A stretch of 64,000 nucleotides of DNA, from NCBI GenBank assembly GCA_024650005.2, contig CP122380.1, positions 704,001 through 768,000 of the forward strand, written 5' to 3'. Source of the stretch: Candidatus Bathyarchaeum tardum (lineage in GTDB: Archaea > Thermoproteota > Bathyarchaeia > Bathyarchaeales > Bathyarchaeaceae). The notes below the pieces were generated by a model. That model had not been told where the DNA came from and searched no databases. It worked only from the letters and a program-made list of their open reading frames with translations. A program made the position numbers and the translations under genes. Shown here piece after piece: positions 47,921 through 58,180 of this stretch; position 1 is the first letter of the stretch, and the number at the start of each line of letters is the position of its first letter.

Positions 47921-49156
47921 TTACAGTTCCCTTTTTGTAGGTTCCTTTACCTTGAACAACGTCAAAATTAAGCATGGAATAAACAAGATTGCAGACGTCA
48001 GAAACGGAAGCTCCGGTGACACATATTCATACATTACTCCACCTGAGAGCTGTCCCAGTCCACTTAGAATGTTAAAGAAGAAGTTTGTGCTTCCAATTAT
48101 TTTTCCACGTTTTTCTCTGACTACAAAATCTGCAATTAACGCGGGATACGCACTGTTTGCTAAAATCAATGCGACGCCAAAACATAGTAAACTTATGGCA
48201 ATAATTATTGGGTTTCCATAAACAAATCCAACAAGTCCTGGAATAAAAAGAACCCATGCTACAATTAGTGGTTTTTTTCTCCCGATTTTGTCAACAATTT
48301 TGCCGCAGGGCAATGCTGTGACTACATTTACTATGGAAAACCAGGTCATTAAAATTGCCCAGTTAAGCTCGGGAATGTTTAATATTTCTGTAGCGTATAC
48401 GACTAGGTATATTGAGCACATGTACCATGCAAAATGGTAGATTGCAAAGCTGCCAAAAAGGAACAGCATCGGGTTTGATTCTGTTTTTAGGGCTTTTGTG
48501 CTTTCGATTATCGAATTCGGAATGTTTTTGATTGCGTCTTTTATTGGGTTTCCTTCAAATGTTGTTTTCAAGGTTTCTTTGAATTTTGTTCTTATTATTG
48601 CAGTTACAATAAACGCTATGGAGACTATCAGGTAACCAATCTGCATTCCCGAAATTATTCCAAACTGCACTACTAGTATGCCGGCAATTATGGGTGACGG
48701 AATTGAAATATGATGCAAAAGGTTGATGATGGAAAACCCCATGCCTCTTTTTTCAGGTGGTGTAGAATCTGCTACAAGCGCTTGCAGTGCTGGTTGGTAA
48801 ATCATGAACGTGTTTTGTAGTATTGTTGCAAGCAGGAAGAACTGCCAGTTTGGAGCAATGGCAAATAAGAAATATGTTATTGAGGTTGCGAAAGTCATTG
48901 TTACTATTAGTTTTCGCCTTCCATACTTGTCTGCAAGATAACCCCCTGGAATCTGAACCAAGGCTAACGTCACATATGCTGCAAAACCTATTATTCCAAC
49001 GATGAATGCGTTGCCGCCTAATCCTTCAATGTATTTGGGATAAAAAGTGTAAGGAATAGCTGCTGTAACAAGGATTACTGCGATAGTAACAGTGTTGACG
49101 AGTATGTTGCCTTTGATAAACGAGAACTCATCTTTGATTCTGCATCGAATTGTCAA
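47921..49156 (-). CDS. MFS transporter
   Basis: GGYLADKYGRRK and GKIVDKIGRKK motifs; ~12 TM. Confidence 0.92.
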   Translation of the reverse strand: MTIRCRIKDEFSFIKGNILVNTVTIAVILVTAAIPYTFYPKYIEGLGGNAFIVGIIGFAAYVTLALVQIPGGYLADKYGRRKLIVTMTFATSITYFLFAIAPNWQFFLLATILQNTFMIYQPALQALVADSTPPEKRGMGFSIINLLHHISIPSPIIAGILVVQFGIISGMQIGYLIVSIAFIVTAIIRTKFKETLKTTFEGNPIKDAIKNIPNSIIESTKALKTESNPMLFLFGSFAIYHFAWYMCSIYLVVYATEILNIPELNWAILMTWFSIVNVVTALPCGKIVDKIGRKKPLIVAWVLFIPGLVGFVYGNPIIIAISLLCFGVALILANSAYPALIADFVVREKRGKIIGSTNFFFNILSGLGQLSGGVMYEYVSPELPFLTSAILFIPCLILTLFKVKEPTKREL

Positions 49157-49243
49157 AGAGCTTCAACTTGAAGCAAATTGCAATCACACAAAATAAACTG
49201 TTTGTAAACTTTAGTTTAATTTCTTCGAACAACCCCATTTGTT

Positions 49244-50182
49244 TTACAGGACTTCTCCTACTACATTGATGGGTTTTTGGATAAAAAACTGCAGTTCGTC
49301 TAGTTTTTCTTTGTCTACTGTTATTAAAATAACTGTAGCTGGTCCAGCAGACTTGTTTAAGTCCAGCTTGGTGTTATCGTCAAGTTTTAGTTGCCTACCA
49401 ATACTGTATGCTAACATTTTTGCTTCATGACTGATGCCAAAAGAACCAACCGGAACAATATCGTGAACAAACTTTTTTCTAGTCAATGCCGTCACATCTT
49501 TAAGGTTAGCAATTTTTCCTCTGGCTTCGGCAGGAATTACTTCATCTCCTACTTTGGGTTCACCTATAGCAACTATAAAATCTCCTGGCACTGTTTTTGC
49601 AAGCCTTAGTTCATCTTCGTTTGCCAAACCTACAACAGTTATTCCTGCACCTGTTTGTATGGTTTCAAAATTTTCTTCAGTATTTTCTTTCAAAACCTGA
49701 TTGGGTTCTAACCCTAATCCTCTGATTTCTTTTTGTATTCCTTCGATGATTTGGTTGCCCGTGGGTTCTTTTTCTACCCCTAGGGTAACTGAAACGGAAA
49801 CAGGAAACGCCCCTGTAGCGGCAACGTCCATTGATGCAACTCTCGCTAAAAATTTGCCAACTATCTCACCAGTGCTTTTTATTTTGTCCATCGGTTTGGG
49901 TCCGACTCCCCCTGATGAAGATGATCCTACGACAATTGCGTGACCGGTGGGCATTTTCATTATGGAAACATCCCCCCTTGTTACGTAGGAAATTTGAGCA
50001 GGTTTAACTCGAAATATTGTTGGGCGCAGTAAGGTTCCTACATTTTCCACGAAATGTATGTAAACAATCAGTGCTTGTCTAATGATTTCTGATCTGCTAA
50101 GGTCGTGCCGCTTTGCTAGTTTTTCTAAATCTTTCACTACGTTACTGGGTAACCGAACATTTACAACATCCATTTCAGGCAA
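49244..50182 (-). CDS. Ribbon-helix-helix domain fused to a CblS/AIR-synthase-like domain
   Basis: VVNVRLP..LEKLAKRHDLSRSEIIRQAL (RHH); remainder aligns with 50779-51546. Confidence 0.8.
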   Translation of the reverse strand: MPEMDVVNVRLPSNVVKDLEKLAKRHDLSRSEIIRQALIVYIHFVENVGTLLRPTIFRVKPAQISYVTRGDVSIMKMPTGHAIVVGSSSSGGVGPKPMDKIKSTGEIVGKFLARVASMDVAATGAFPVSVSVTLGVEKEPTGNQIIEGIQKEIRGLGLEPNQVLKENTEENFETIQTGAGITVVGLANEDELRLAKTVPGDFIVAIGEPKVGDEVIPAEARGKIANLKDVTALTRKKFVHDIVPVGSFGISHEAKMLAYSIGRQLKLDDNTKLDLNKSAGPATVILITVDKEKLDELQFFIQKPINVVGEVL

Positions 50183-50263
50183 CTCACACTACATTTGTAA
50201 TACGTAAACGAAGGTTTTTATCTGTTATTTTTTCTTTCCATCAACCAAGATGGAGAACTAAAC

Positions 50264-50782
50264 ATGAATAATCAATCAAACTCAAATAATACAAAAAAAG
50301 TTTCAAGCGCTTTACGTGTTGCGCGAATATCAATCTTTACTGCACTTAGTGTTATTGGCTCTTTCATTTCTCCTTATCCTGTTATTCCAACAATAGCTCT
50401 AGATTCTAGTCCCGGATTCTTTGCTGCACTTTACTTTGGAGTAATCGACGGTTTACTGATTACTGGACTTGGACACATAGTAACAGCAGTAGTAAACGGG
50501 TTTCCATTAGGCACCTTACATTATATTATAGCCATAGGAATGGCATTAGCTGGTGGAGCAATGGGTCTAGTAAATAAATCAAACAAGAAATGGGGATTCA
50601 TACCAGGTGCAGCTGCAGCAGTGGCAATTAATACAGTTCTTTCAGTAATTATGGTTCCAACAATAGGCTGGGCAGCAACAATCACAAACGTAACTATTCC
50701 ATTATTGTTGGCAGCTAGCTTAAACGCAGCAATCGCAGCGATATTGTATGTTGCAGTTAGAAACAGAAGGATTACAACATGA
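50264..50782 (+). CDS. cblT: ECF S-component, alpha-ribazole transporter CblT-like
   Basis: ALSVIGS, TIALDSSPGFFAAL, GHIVTA..NGFPLG..H; adjacent to cblS-like gene. Confidence 0.75.
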   Translation: MNNQSNSNNTKKVSSALRVARISIFTALSVIGSFISPYPVIPTIALDSSPGFFAALYFGVIDGLLITGLGHIVTAVVNGFPLGTLHYIIAIGMALAGGAMGLVNKSNKKWGFIPGAAAAVAINTVLSVIMVPTIGWAATITNVTIPLLLAASLNAAIAAILYVAVRNRRITT

Positions 50783-51546
50783 GCAAAAGTTCATTTTGTC
50801 CAAAAGCCATCAAAACTGCTCGTGATGTCTCAGTTTTTGAGATCAATAATAACTCAGTTATGGTTATAGGATGTGATTCTGCAGGCGGAATTGGACCTAA
50901 ACCTTTAGACAAAGTCAAAGTAAGCGGTTTCACCCTTGGCAGGTTCACTGCAAGGGTGGCTCTAATGGAAGTTTTGGCTGTTGGGGCAACACCTGTTTGT
51001 TTAACTAACACGTTAGGTGTTGAACCTGACCCAACCGGCTCGGAAATTGTTGAAGGTATAAACAACGAAGTCAAACTTGCTCAATTGGATGATTCTTTGG
51101 TTGTAATTGGAAGCATGGAAAAAACTGTTCCTGTAGAACAAACAGGTATTGGGGTTACAGTTGTTGGTTTAGCGCACAAAAACAAGCTAAAAATTGGTTT
51201 GTCTCACCCTGATAATTTAATTATTGCAATTGGTTGCCCTAGTGTGAAAAATGAAGTTTTACCCGCAGAAAAACGTGGTGAAATTGTAGACTTAAAGGAC
51301 TTGCTTAGGTTGATTAATTCTGACTTTGTTAATGAAGTGATTCCTGTCGGATCCCAGGGTATATTGCATGAAGTAAATGTGCTTTCACAAGATTCAGGCT
51401 TATCTGCTAAGTTAGATTTGCCTGAAATTGATTTTAAAAAATCTGCAGGTCCAGCAACTGCAGTTTTGGCAGCTATAGAAAAAAATCATTTAAATCAACT
51501 TTCGAGCCTGATAAATAAGCCAATGCGTGTAATCGGATCATTTTGA
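50779..51546 (+). CDS. cblS: Alpha-ribazole kinase CblS-like
   Basis: RDVS, IGCDSAGGIGPK..D, RVALMEVLAVGA, QTGIGVTVVG, PVGSQGI..E, KSAGPAT. Confidence 0.78.
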   Translation: MSKSSFCPKAIKTARDVSVFEINNNSVMVIGCDSAGGIGPKPLDKVKVSGFTLGRFTARVALMEVLAVGATPVCLTNTLGVEPDPTGSEIVEGINNEVKLAQLDDSLVVIGSMEKTVPVEQTGIGVTVVGLAHKNKLKIGLSHPDNLIIAIGCPSVKNEVLPAEKRGEIVDLKDLLRLINSDFVNEVIPVGSQGILHEVNVLSQDSGLSAKLDLPEIDFKKSAGPATAVLAAIEKNHLNQLSSLINKPMRVIGSF

Positions 51547-51904
51547 TTTTAATTCCGCTAAATATCTTTGTTTATTGGTTTACACCTGATTTTTGACTTT
51601 TTAACGGTTTTTTGCAAGATGCCTATTTTGTTTGAATTGTGCTTATTTTGTCATTTTTATGGTAATATTCGCTTTTTTACTGGGCAAATTTCCTGAATAT
51701 GTGATTGTGTTTTTTTGAAAGAAATGCTGTTTTAACATCGAACATAATATTCTAGTATATCTTAGTGACTTAACAATCCTTTTAGGTAAAACCGTTGTAA
51801 GTAGCTGTCTGCTCACATAATGGAAAGACATGATTTTTGGTCATTCAAAGCTGGAAATTATGCTCCTTTATGTGCTGTTCAAAAATGCCGAGGTTTAACA
51901 AAAA

Positions 51905-52207
51905 ATGCGAAGATCGAAAATGGAAATGTACATCGATATCGTTAAAGTCATGGCACAAAATGGACCGATGAAACTAACTCACATTATGTACAAAGCTAAC
52001 GTTAACTGCAGTGTCCTGAAAGGGACTCTAGATTTTCTTCTTCAACAAAATCTAGTTGAAGAACAGATCACAGTCAAGAAACGAAACCAAACCAAAATTC
52101 GTTATGCAGTAACTGAAAAAGGAATGACAGTACTCAAATACTTCAACAAAGTCGACGAAGCCCTTCAACTAACTGAAGACGCAAGCCTTCCAATGCTGAT
52201 TCGTTAA
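51905..52207 (+). CDS. Winged-helix DNA-binding protein
   Basis: RRSKMEMYIDI..LTHIMYKANVN..Y.VTEKG. Confidence 0.85.
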   Translation: MRRSKMEMYIDIVKVMAQNGPMKLTHIMYKANVNCSVLKGTLDFLLQQNLVEEQITVKKRNQTKIRYAVTEKGMTVLKYFNKVDEALQLTEDASLPMLIR

Positions 52208-52242
52208 AACAAAAAAAGGTTTTTTTAAGCGCCTTTTGGCGC

Positions 52243-53676
52243 TCAAAATTCAGGGTCTTTTGACCCTGTAAACATTTCTGGGAAACTTTTCTGTTTTCTG
52301 TTTCTTAAAAATAATGTCACGAAAACAACAGATGCTACTGCTATTGCAGCTACAGCAAGTATCCACAACGTTGCTGTGTTATCTTCTATTTGTTCGATAA
52401 CTGAGATCGTGATAATGTATGTACTATTTGCATTCTCATCGTCTGCTACAGTTAAGGTTACATTGTAATCTCCTTTTTCTAAAAATTTGTGTGTTGGAGT
52501 CTGGAGATTAGAGCTGTTTCCATCGCCAAAATCCCAGAGCCATGAAACAAGTTTATTTTCTGGGTCTGTTGAGTTGTCCAAGAACTGGATTTCTTTACCA
52601 ATTTGGAAGTCTGTGGTGTTACATTCAAAACATGCTTCTGGTGGCAAGTTTGTCATATTTAATGTTTGAGTTTTTGAGTCTTCTGCTCCTTGATTGTCTG
52701 TTACTGTTAGTGTTATTTGATATTCATTTTTTTCTTTGAATGTGTGGGTTGGGTTTTGTTCTGTTGAGTTTGTTCCGTCTCCGAAGTCCCAGAACCAGGA
52801 AGTTATTGTTCCATCACTGTCGTATGAGTGGTCAATAATGTTAATGCTATCATAGATGCTTGGGTTTTCAGGGGAAAATGTGAATGATGCTATTGGTGCT
52901 TTGTTCATAACCCTAATGATGCATGTATCTTCATCGGTAACACCTATGCTGTCTGTTATAATCAATTTGCATGTATAATTTCCATTTTGATTAAATCTGA
53001 ATGATGCAGTTTCTTTGTCCGCGTCAATAACTCCATCGCCATTAAAATCCCATTCCACCTTAACAATAGATGAACCCTCTGACGCCTTAGACAATGAAGC
53101 ATCAAAATTGACTAATTCTCTGACGCTAACTGTTTGATCCTCCCCAGCGTTTGCTACGGGGGCATCGTAATTATCAGAAATTACAAACCAAACAGTTGCA
53201 TCATTTTCGTTTAAATTTCCATCATAATCTCCTGAGGTTTTATAGTAACCGTCTTCAACGGTTATTTCTTCGCCACCTATCTCATTTGTTGCTAAATTGT
53301 ATACACAGTCAAATGCTGTGCCTAAACTGCTGATGTCAGCTGTTTCATATTTTCCCTGTTCACTCTTGTATACAGTTAATGTGATGTAGACATTTTGATT
53401 TTTTACAGTAAATGAGTCATCTCTGTCAATGATGATGTCATCACCGGTTTTTTGGCAGGTGTAATCTTGTGTTTGTGCATCTGTTATTTGGTCATTTACT
53501 GTTATGCTGTATTTCCAATAACTGTTGTATTCGCTACTTTGGGTCGCTTGAATTCTGTGAATCGTTACCCAGATGGTTGGATTAGATTCAGCTGCAGATA
53601 CAAAGCAGGTGAATGATCCTAAAATCATAATTGTTGAAACAAGTGTTGTTAGTATAATTCCTTTTGTTTTTATCAT
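52243..53676 (-). CDS. PKD-domain surface protein
   Basis: Three PKD repeats (WDFNGDG, WDFGDG x2), signal peptide, C-terminal TM. Confidence 0.88.
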   Translation of the reverse strand: MIKTKGIILTTLVSTIMILGSFTCFVSAAESNPTIWVTIHRIQATQSSEYNSYWKYSITVNDQITDAQTQDYTCQKTGDDIIIDRDDSFTVKNQNVYITLTVYKSEQGKYETADISSLGTAFDCVYNLATNEIGGEEITVEDGYYKTSGDYDGNLNENDATVWFVISDNYDAPVANAGEDQTVSVRELVNFDASLSKASEGSSIVKVEWDFNGDGVIDADKETASFRFNQNGNYTCKLIITDSIGVTDEDTCIIRVMNKAPIASFTFSPENPSIYDSINIIDHSYDSDGTITSWFWDFGDGTNSTEQNPTHTFKEKNEYQITLTVTDNQGAEDSKTQTLNMTNLPPEACFECNTTDFQIGKEIQFLDNSTDPENKLVSWLWDFGDGNSSNLQTPTHKFLEKGDYNVTLTVADDENANSTYIITISVIEQIEDNTATLWILAVAAIAVASVVFVTLFLRNRKQKSFPEMFTGSKDPEF

Positions 53677-53881
53677 TTCTTTTTCGCCTCAGAATTTGTG
53701 ACAAGACACTTCCATCAAAAAACGATATAACCTTTATGAAATACACGTTTTTTATAAATTATCTTAGTATGCGTTTACTTATATATTTTATTTGTTCCTT
53801 TTTGTAAAAATAAAATATTTAATTTAATAATAAAAAAATATGAAAAAAAGGAAAGGGGTTTTTTGTTAGCCCCTTGTGTAA

Positions 53882-55588
53882 TTAATCTGTTTCGTTTACT
53901 TTGGTATTTCTAAGCATTATTCCCGCAACAATCTTGATTGTAGCTGCCACAATGAACATGTACGCGCCAATGCCTAAGCCCCAACTTATGCTTGCAGTTC
54001 CATTGGAGTCTATTGCCTGGGTTATATTTCCTCCAAATGGAGATGATGAAATCGCTGAAACAATATCTGCTACTTGGGGAGGTAATACTAGTCCGCCTGA
54101 AAACGCTCCTGCAACTGATTCAATCAATACGGTCAAGGAAATCACGGCTCCTAAAATGAGGATTGCTGGAATTAATGAAGTAATGCCGCTTATTATGTAA
54201 CTTTTTGAAAGGCTGCTTGGTTTTTCTGCTGCGATTATATCTAATGCATTAAGCAGTACACTGGAAAGAAAGATTATGCTGAACGGGATTGCTATTCCAA
54301 ACAATGGAGTTAAGCCCTGATTGCCTTGAAGCATGTTAACTCGCAGTCCGTTAACCCCGTCAAGTGTAACAATTTCTACTGTGCCTTCAGTGCTCAGCAT
54401 TGTTGTTTGAATGTTTCCTGTGCATGTATACCAGGGCAAAAACAGGGCAACAAGATAAACTATTACTCCTGCTAGTCCTAGAATTACAAATATTGATGCT
54501 TTTGAACGAATCATTTTTAGTATTCCGAGTTTTCCATTTTTCTTGTTTTTTATTATCTTCCATGCTTTGAATCCAACGCGTATCACCAGAATTATTGCAA
54601 AAATGTAAAGGAAATAATACGCAAACATGCTAGCAGTGAACCAAGTTTGGTCTACTTGAAAGGTCTCATTTCCCCATGAAACTGGATTAAACCATTTATC
54701 TGTGTTCTCTCCATGTCCTGGACCGTTTGGACCTGCAAAACCCATATAGGCATCTGCTAATTCAGTCCAGTCGCCCCATCGCCCTCCAAATGCAAGCCAA
54801 TTTTGGGATGCTGGATGATTGCCTGTTCCCATTTCTCCTAAAAGTATTGTTTCTAGGTCTTCGGGGTTTAGTGTGTAATCGTTTCCTACCGTGTCACTTT
54901 CAAGACCAAGTTTGCCTTGGTAATATCTGAAGTAGTTAGCATGGGAACCTAACGCAACGTAAACTCGCGGATGTGTTCCATCTACTTTTTCTACATCTCG
55001 CCATTGAGCAATTTGTCCTGAATGATGTTGTGAATAAACTGCATACAATGGGGTTTCACTTGAATCCAAAACTATTTGTATCATTTCCCAGTCCCCTTGA
55101 TGCTGGTTTAGACTTCCAGGGTTGTAAGCATAAAAGAACCAGTACTGGACTACAATGTATTGTGCATCTGAAGTAACGCGGGCGTAAATTTTATCTCCGT
55201 AGATTTCTCGGTTTTGTTCATAATTTTGGGCTATTGCTTCGTAGGATCCTAAAGTGTTGTTCAAGAAGTAACTCTCTGTGGTGTACTGGGCAATGCTTGC
55301 TATTGTTGGGGAATTATCAACTAGAATGTTTGTTTCGCCAGATTTCATGTAAAGCTCAGAATTTTGAATGTGGTAATTTGGATCAGTTGGGAAAAATTTT
55401 TCACCGGATGCAAAATGCAGAACTGGTTTAAATTTTGCAGCCAATTCATTTTCCTTTGCGTCAGAAATTCCGTCATTGTCTGAATCTTGTTGTGCTAAAA
55501 CTCCGGTAATTGGGGACACAACAAGCAAAGCAGTAACCAATAGTACACATAAAAACATGAATTTTTTTTTCATAACCTTAAACACCAT
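53882..55588 (-). CDS. Vps62/NPP1-like extracellular domain plus multi-TM C-terminus
   Basis: QYWFFYAYN..HQGDWE, YSQHHSG, VYVALGSHANY, FGGRWG..GPNGP; ~5 TM. Confidence 0.72.
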   Translation of the reverse strand: MVFKVMKKKFMFLCVLLVTALLVVSPITGVLAQQDSDNDGISDAKENELAAKFKPVLHFASGEKFFPTDPNYHIQNSELYMKSGETNILVDNSPTIASIAQYTTESYFLNNTLGSYEAIAQNYEQNREIYGDKIYARVTSDAQYIVVQYWFFYAYNPGSLNQHQGDWEMIQIVLDSSETPLYAVYSQHHSGQIAQWRDVEKVDGTHPRVYVALGSHANYFRYYQGKLGLESDTVGNDYTLNPEDLETILLGEMGTGNHPASQNWLAFGGRWGDWTELADAYMGFAGPNGPGHGENTDKWFNPVSWGNETFQVDQTWFTASMFAYYFLYIFAIILVIRVGFKAWKIIKNKKNGKLGILKMIRSKASIFVILGLAGVIVYLVALFLPWYTCTGNIQTTMLSTEGTVEIVTLDGVNGLRVNMLQGNQGLTPLFGIAIPFSIIFLSSVLLNALDIIAAEKPSSLSKSYIISGITSLIPAILILGAVISLTVLIESVAGAFSGGLVLPPQVADIVSAISSSPFGGNITQAIDSNGTASISWGLGIGAYMFIVAATIKIVAGIMLRNTKVNETD

Positions 55589-55677
55589 AAATTTGTTTCA
55601 AACAGTAAAAATCTATTTACCTATAAATTTTCTTGACGATTTGCCTATGACCGCTAGAAATATTGTTTTTTAGAGTC

Positions 55678-56043
55678 TTATTCTTTCATGGGTTCTGTTT
55701 TTTTAATCGGGGCTTTTTTATTTTTAATAAAACGTGGACTAAAATAGAGCAAAACTGCTATCACCGTTAAAACAATGGCTGCAATTATTACTAGCTGGGA
55801 TTTTATCATTCCATTTAACAAGAGCAACGCAACTACAATCCACGCCAAAATTGCAGCAACTGTTCTTATTTGTATCTGTAGCGCCTCCTTTCTGTTGTTA
55901 ACTTTGTTTTGGGCTATAACTCTTCTCTGTCTATTTCTAGTTAGGCTTTTGTTAATCTGTGTTGAATTCTTTTCATGCTCTTTGCAATGATGCTGTAAAA
56001 CGAATGGACCGTAATTTGAGCGAAAACTAGGAAAAAACGACAT
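55678..56043 (-). CDS. Small hypothetical membrane protein
   Basis: Two TM helices; start uncertain. Confidence 0.45.
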   Translation of the reverse strand: MSFFPSFRSNYGPFVLQHHCKEHEKNSTQINKSLTRNRQRRVIAQNKVNNRKEALQIQIRTVAAILAWIVVALLLLNGMIKSQLVIIAAIVLTVIAVLLYFSPRFIKNKKAPIKKTEPMKE

Positions 56044-56079
56044 TAAAATATGTCTTAATGATATAACAGGACAAGAGGT

Positions 56080-57228
56080 GTGGATAATATGACTGATGCT
56101 GAAAGTGAACGAGTTGTAATCCGCGGTCTGAGGGATGTTGCTGCTGCTACAACTCAGATTAGTTTTGTAGCCCCTCGGGGAATTTTGTATTATTCAGGTT
56201 ATAATATAGATGATCTTGTAGATCAAGCAAGTTACGAAGAAGTAATTTATCTTCTGCTAAATAATAAGTTGCCTACAACTAATGAGTTAACTGAATTGCG
56301 CTCTCATCTTTTCTCTGAAATGAGGTTGCCTCTCCCTGTTGTCAACCGAATCAGAAATGCTTCAACTAGTTGCCATCCTATGGAGGTATTGCGCACTGAA
56401 GTTTCACATCTTGGAGAGTTTGATCCTGAACCAGACGACACTTCTGATGAAGCTAACAAAAGAAGAGCTGTTCGCATAATTGCCAAAGTTCCTACAATAA
56501 TCTCATTTTTGTACCGAACTCGCATGAACCAAGATGCCGTTGTCCCAATTAAAGGAAATAGTTTTGCTGAAAACTTTTTGTTCATGTTCCGTGGACGCCC
56601 TGCTGATGAGCAAGAAAAAACTGCTATGGAGCGTTACATGATACTGCATGCAGACCATGGACTTAATGCGTCTACTTTTGCTGCTCGTGTTACTGCTGGT
56701 ACTGGTTCCGACTTGTATTCTGCTGTGACTTCTGCTGTGGGGACTCTGAAAGGGGAATTTCATGGTGGAGCCAGTGAGCGGGTCATGAAAATGTTGTATG
56801 AAATAAACAGCATAGACGAAGTTGAAGAATACATTCAAACTATGCTTGATGATAAAAAGAAAATCATGGGTTTTGGCCATCGAGTCTATGAAACAGAAGA
56901 CCCCCGTTCAAAACATCTCAGAGTAATAGCTGAACAGTTGTGCCACCAAAAAGACACTTTAGAAATTTACAACAAATGCAAAAAAATTGAACAAACAGTT
57001 CACGATAAAAAAGGAATCTTTCCCAATGTAGACTTTTATGCTGCCCTTGTTATGCACGCTTTGGGTGTTCCACGAGAGTTCTTTACTTCCTTCTTTGCAT
57101 GTAGCAGAGTCACTGGATGGGTTGCACACACATTAGAGCAATATTCTGATGCTGTCTTGATTCGCCCAACATCAAAATACATCGGCGCCTTTGGACGAGA
57201 GTTTGATCCAATCGAAAAACGATCTTGA
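56080..57228 (+). CDS. Citrate/2-methylcitrate synthase
   Basis: HADHGLNASTF, LKGEFHGGA, MGFGHRVY..DPR, PNVDFY. Confidence 0.93.
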   Translation: MDNMTDAESERVVIRGLRDVAAATTQISFVAPRGILYYSGYNIDDLVDQASYEEVIYLLLNNKLPTTNELTELRSHLFSEMRLPLPVVNRIRNASTSCHPMEVLRTEVSHLGEFDPEPDDTSDEANKRRAVRIIAKVPTIISFLYRTRMNQDAVVPIKGNSFAENFLFMFRGRPADEQEKTAMERYMILHADHGLNASTFAARVTAGTGSDLYSAVTSAVGTLKGEFHGGASERVMKMLYEINSIDEVEEYIQTMLDDKKKIMGFGHRVYETEDPRSKHLRVIAEQLCHQKDTLEIYNKCKKIEQTVHDKKGIFPNVDFYAALVMHALGVPREFFTSFFACSRVTGWVAHTLEQYSDAVLIRPTSKYIGAFGREFDPIEKRS

Positions 57229-57244
57229 ACTCTTGTTTCCTCTA

Positions 57245-58111
57245 TTATTTTTTATACAGCTCTTTTAGTTTCTCCAAGTTTCCTATATCATCACGTCTGT
57301 CATCTATTGGAGTTTCCATTATAATTGGCAAAGTACGCAACTTGCTTGCAAGGATGTTTCTAAAACCATCTTCTCCTATCTTTCCCATTCCAATGTGGTC
57401 ATGGCGGTCTATTCGAGAATTCAAATCTCCTTTTGAGTCATTAAGGTGAACGAGTTTAAGCTTTTCAAACCCGAAGGTCTCTTCAATATTAGTTACTGTT
57501 TTTTCTACTGCTTCTTTTGTTCTAAAATCATACCCTGCTGCAAAAGCGTGACTGGTATCAAAACACACCCCAACCTGTTCCGGGTGATCTACTTCTTTTA
57601 TAATCTCTTGAATTTGTTCCAAGGTGTTTCCCATGCTGTTTTTTGTTCCAGCAGTGTTTTCTAACAAAAGCATAACTTCATCGGTCAAAGTGAGTGCTTG
57701 ATTGATAGCATGGATCAATCTTTCAAAACCAATTTGCATACCTGCTCCAAGATGGCTACCTAGATGAGTAACTAAATACGGAATTTCTAATAGTTCACAT
57801 CTTTTCAGTTCTGAACCAAGGGTTTTAACAGATTTTTCGTAGACATCATCTTTAGGGGACGCCAAATTTGGTAGATAAGGCATATGAGCAAAAACTGGCT
57901 GGATATTGTTTTCTTTCACTTTATCAGAAAACTTTTTGGCAATTTCGGAGTCAAGATTAGTTGAATACCATTGTCTGGGACTTCTGGTGAAAATTTGAAA
58001 AGTCGTACACCCTAGTTTAACTGCTCGGTCTACTGCCATGTCAACTGAACCTGAAATCGAAACATGAAACCCAAACTTCAATAAGACCAACTCAACAAGT
58101 TCGCACTTCAT
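57245..58111 (-). CDS. nfo: Endonuclease IV
   Basis: GFHVSISG, QIFTRSPRQW, HMPYLPNLAS, LENTAG, DTSHAF, HLNDSK..DRH.HIG, ETP. Confidence 0.93.
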   Translation of the reverse strand: MKCELVELVLLKFGFHVSISGSVDMAVDRAVKLGCTTFQIFTRSPRQWYSTNLDSEIAKKFSDKVKENNIQPVFAHMPYLPNLASPKDDVYEKSVKTLGSELKRCELLEIPYLVTHLGSHLGAGMQIGFERLIHAINQALTLTDEVMLLLENTAGTKNSMGNTLEQIQEIIKEVDHPEQVGVCFDTSHAFAAGYDFRTKEAVEKTVTNIEETFGFEKLKLVHLNDSKGDLNSRIDRHDHIGMGKIGEDGFRNILASKLRTLPIIMETPIDDRRDDIGNLEKLKELYKK

Positions 58112-58180
58112 TCGCAGGTAAAAACCTTTATTCTTCGCTATTGACTCGTCAATGCTTTTAGTTAAGGGTTCATGGTTTGT

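Noticed and set aside
52243-52260. PEF-CTERM signal in the PKD protein (ends DPEF)
   Set aside because: PEF falls after the TM helix at the extreme C-terminus, the wrong order for a sorting signal.
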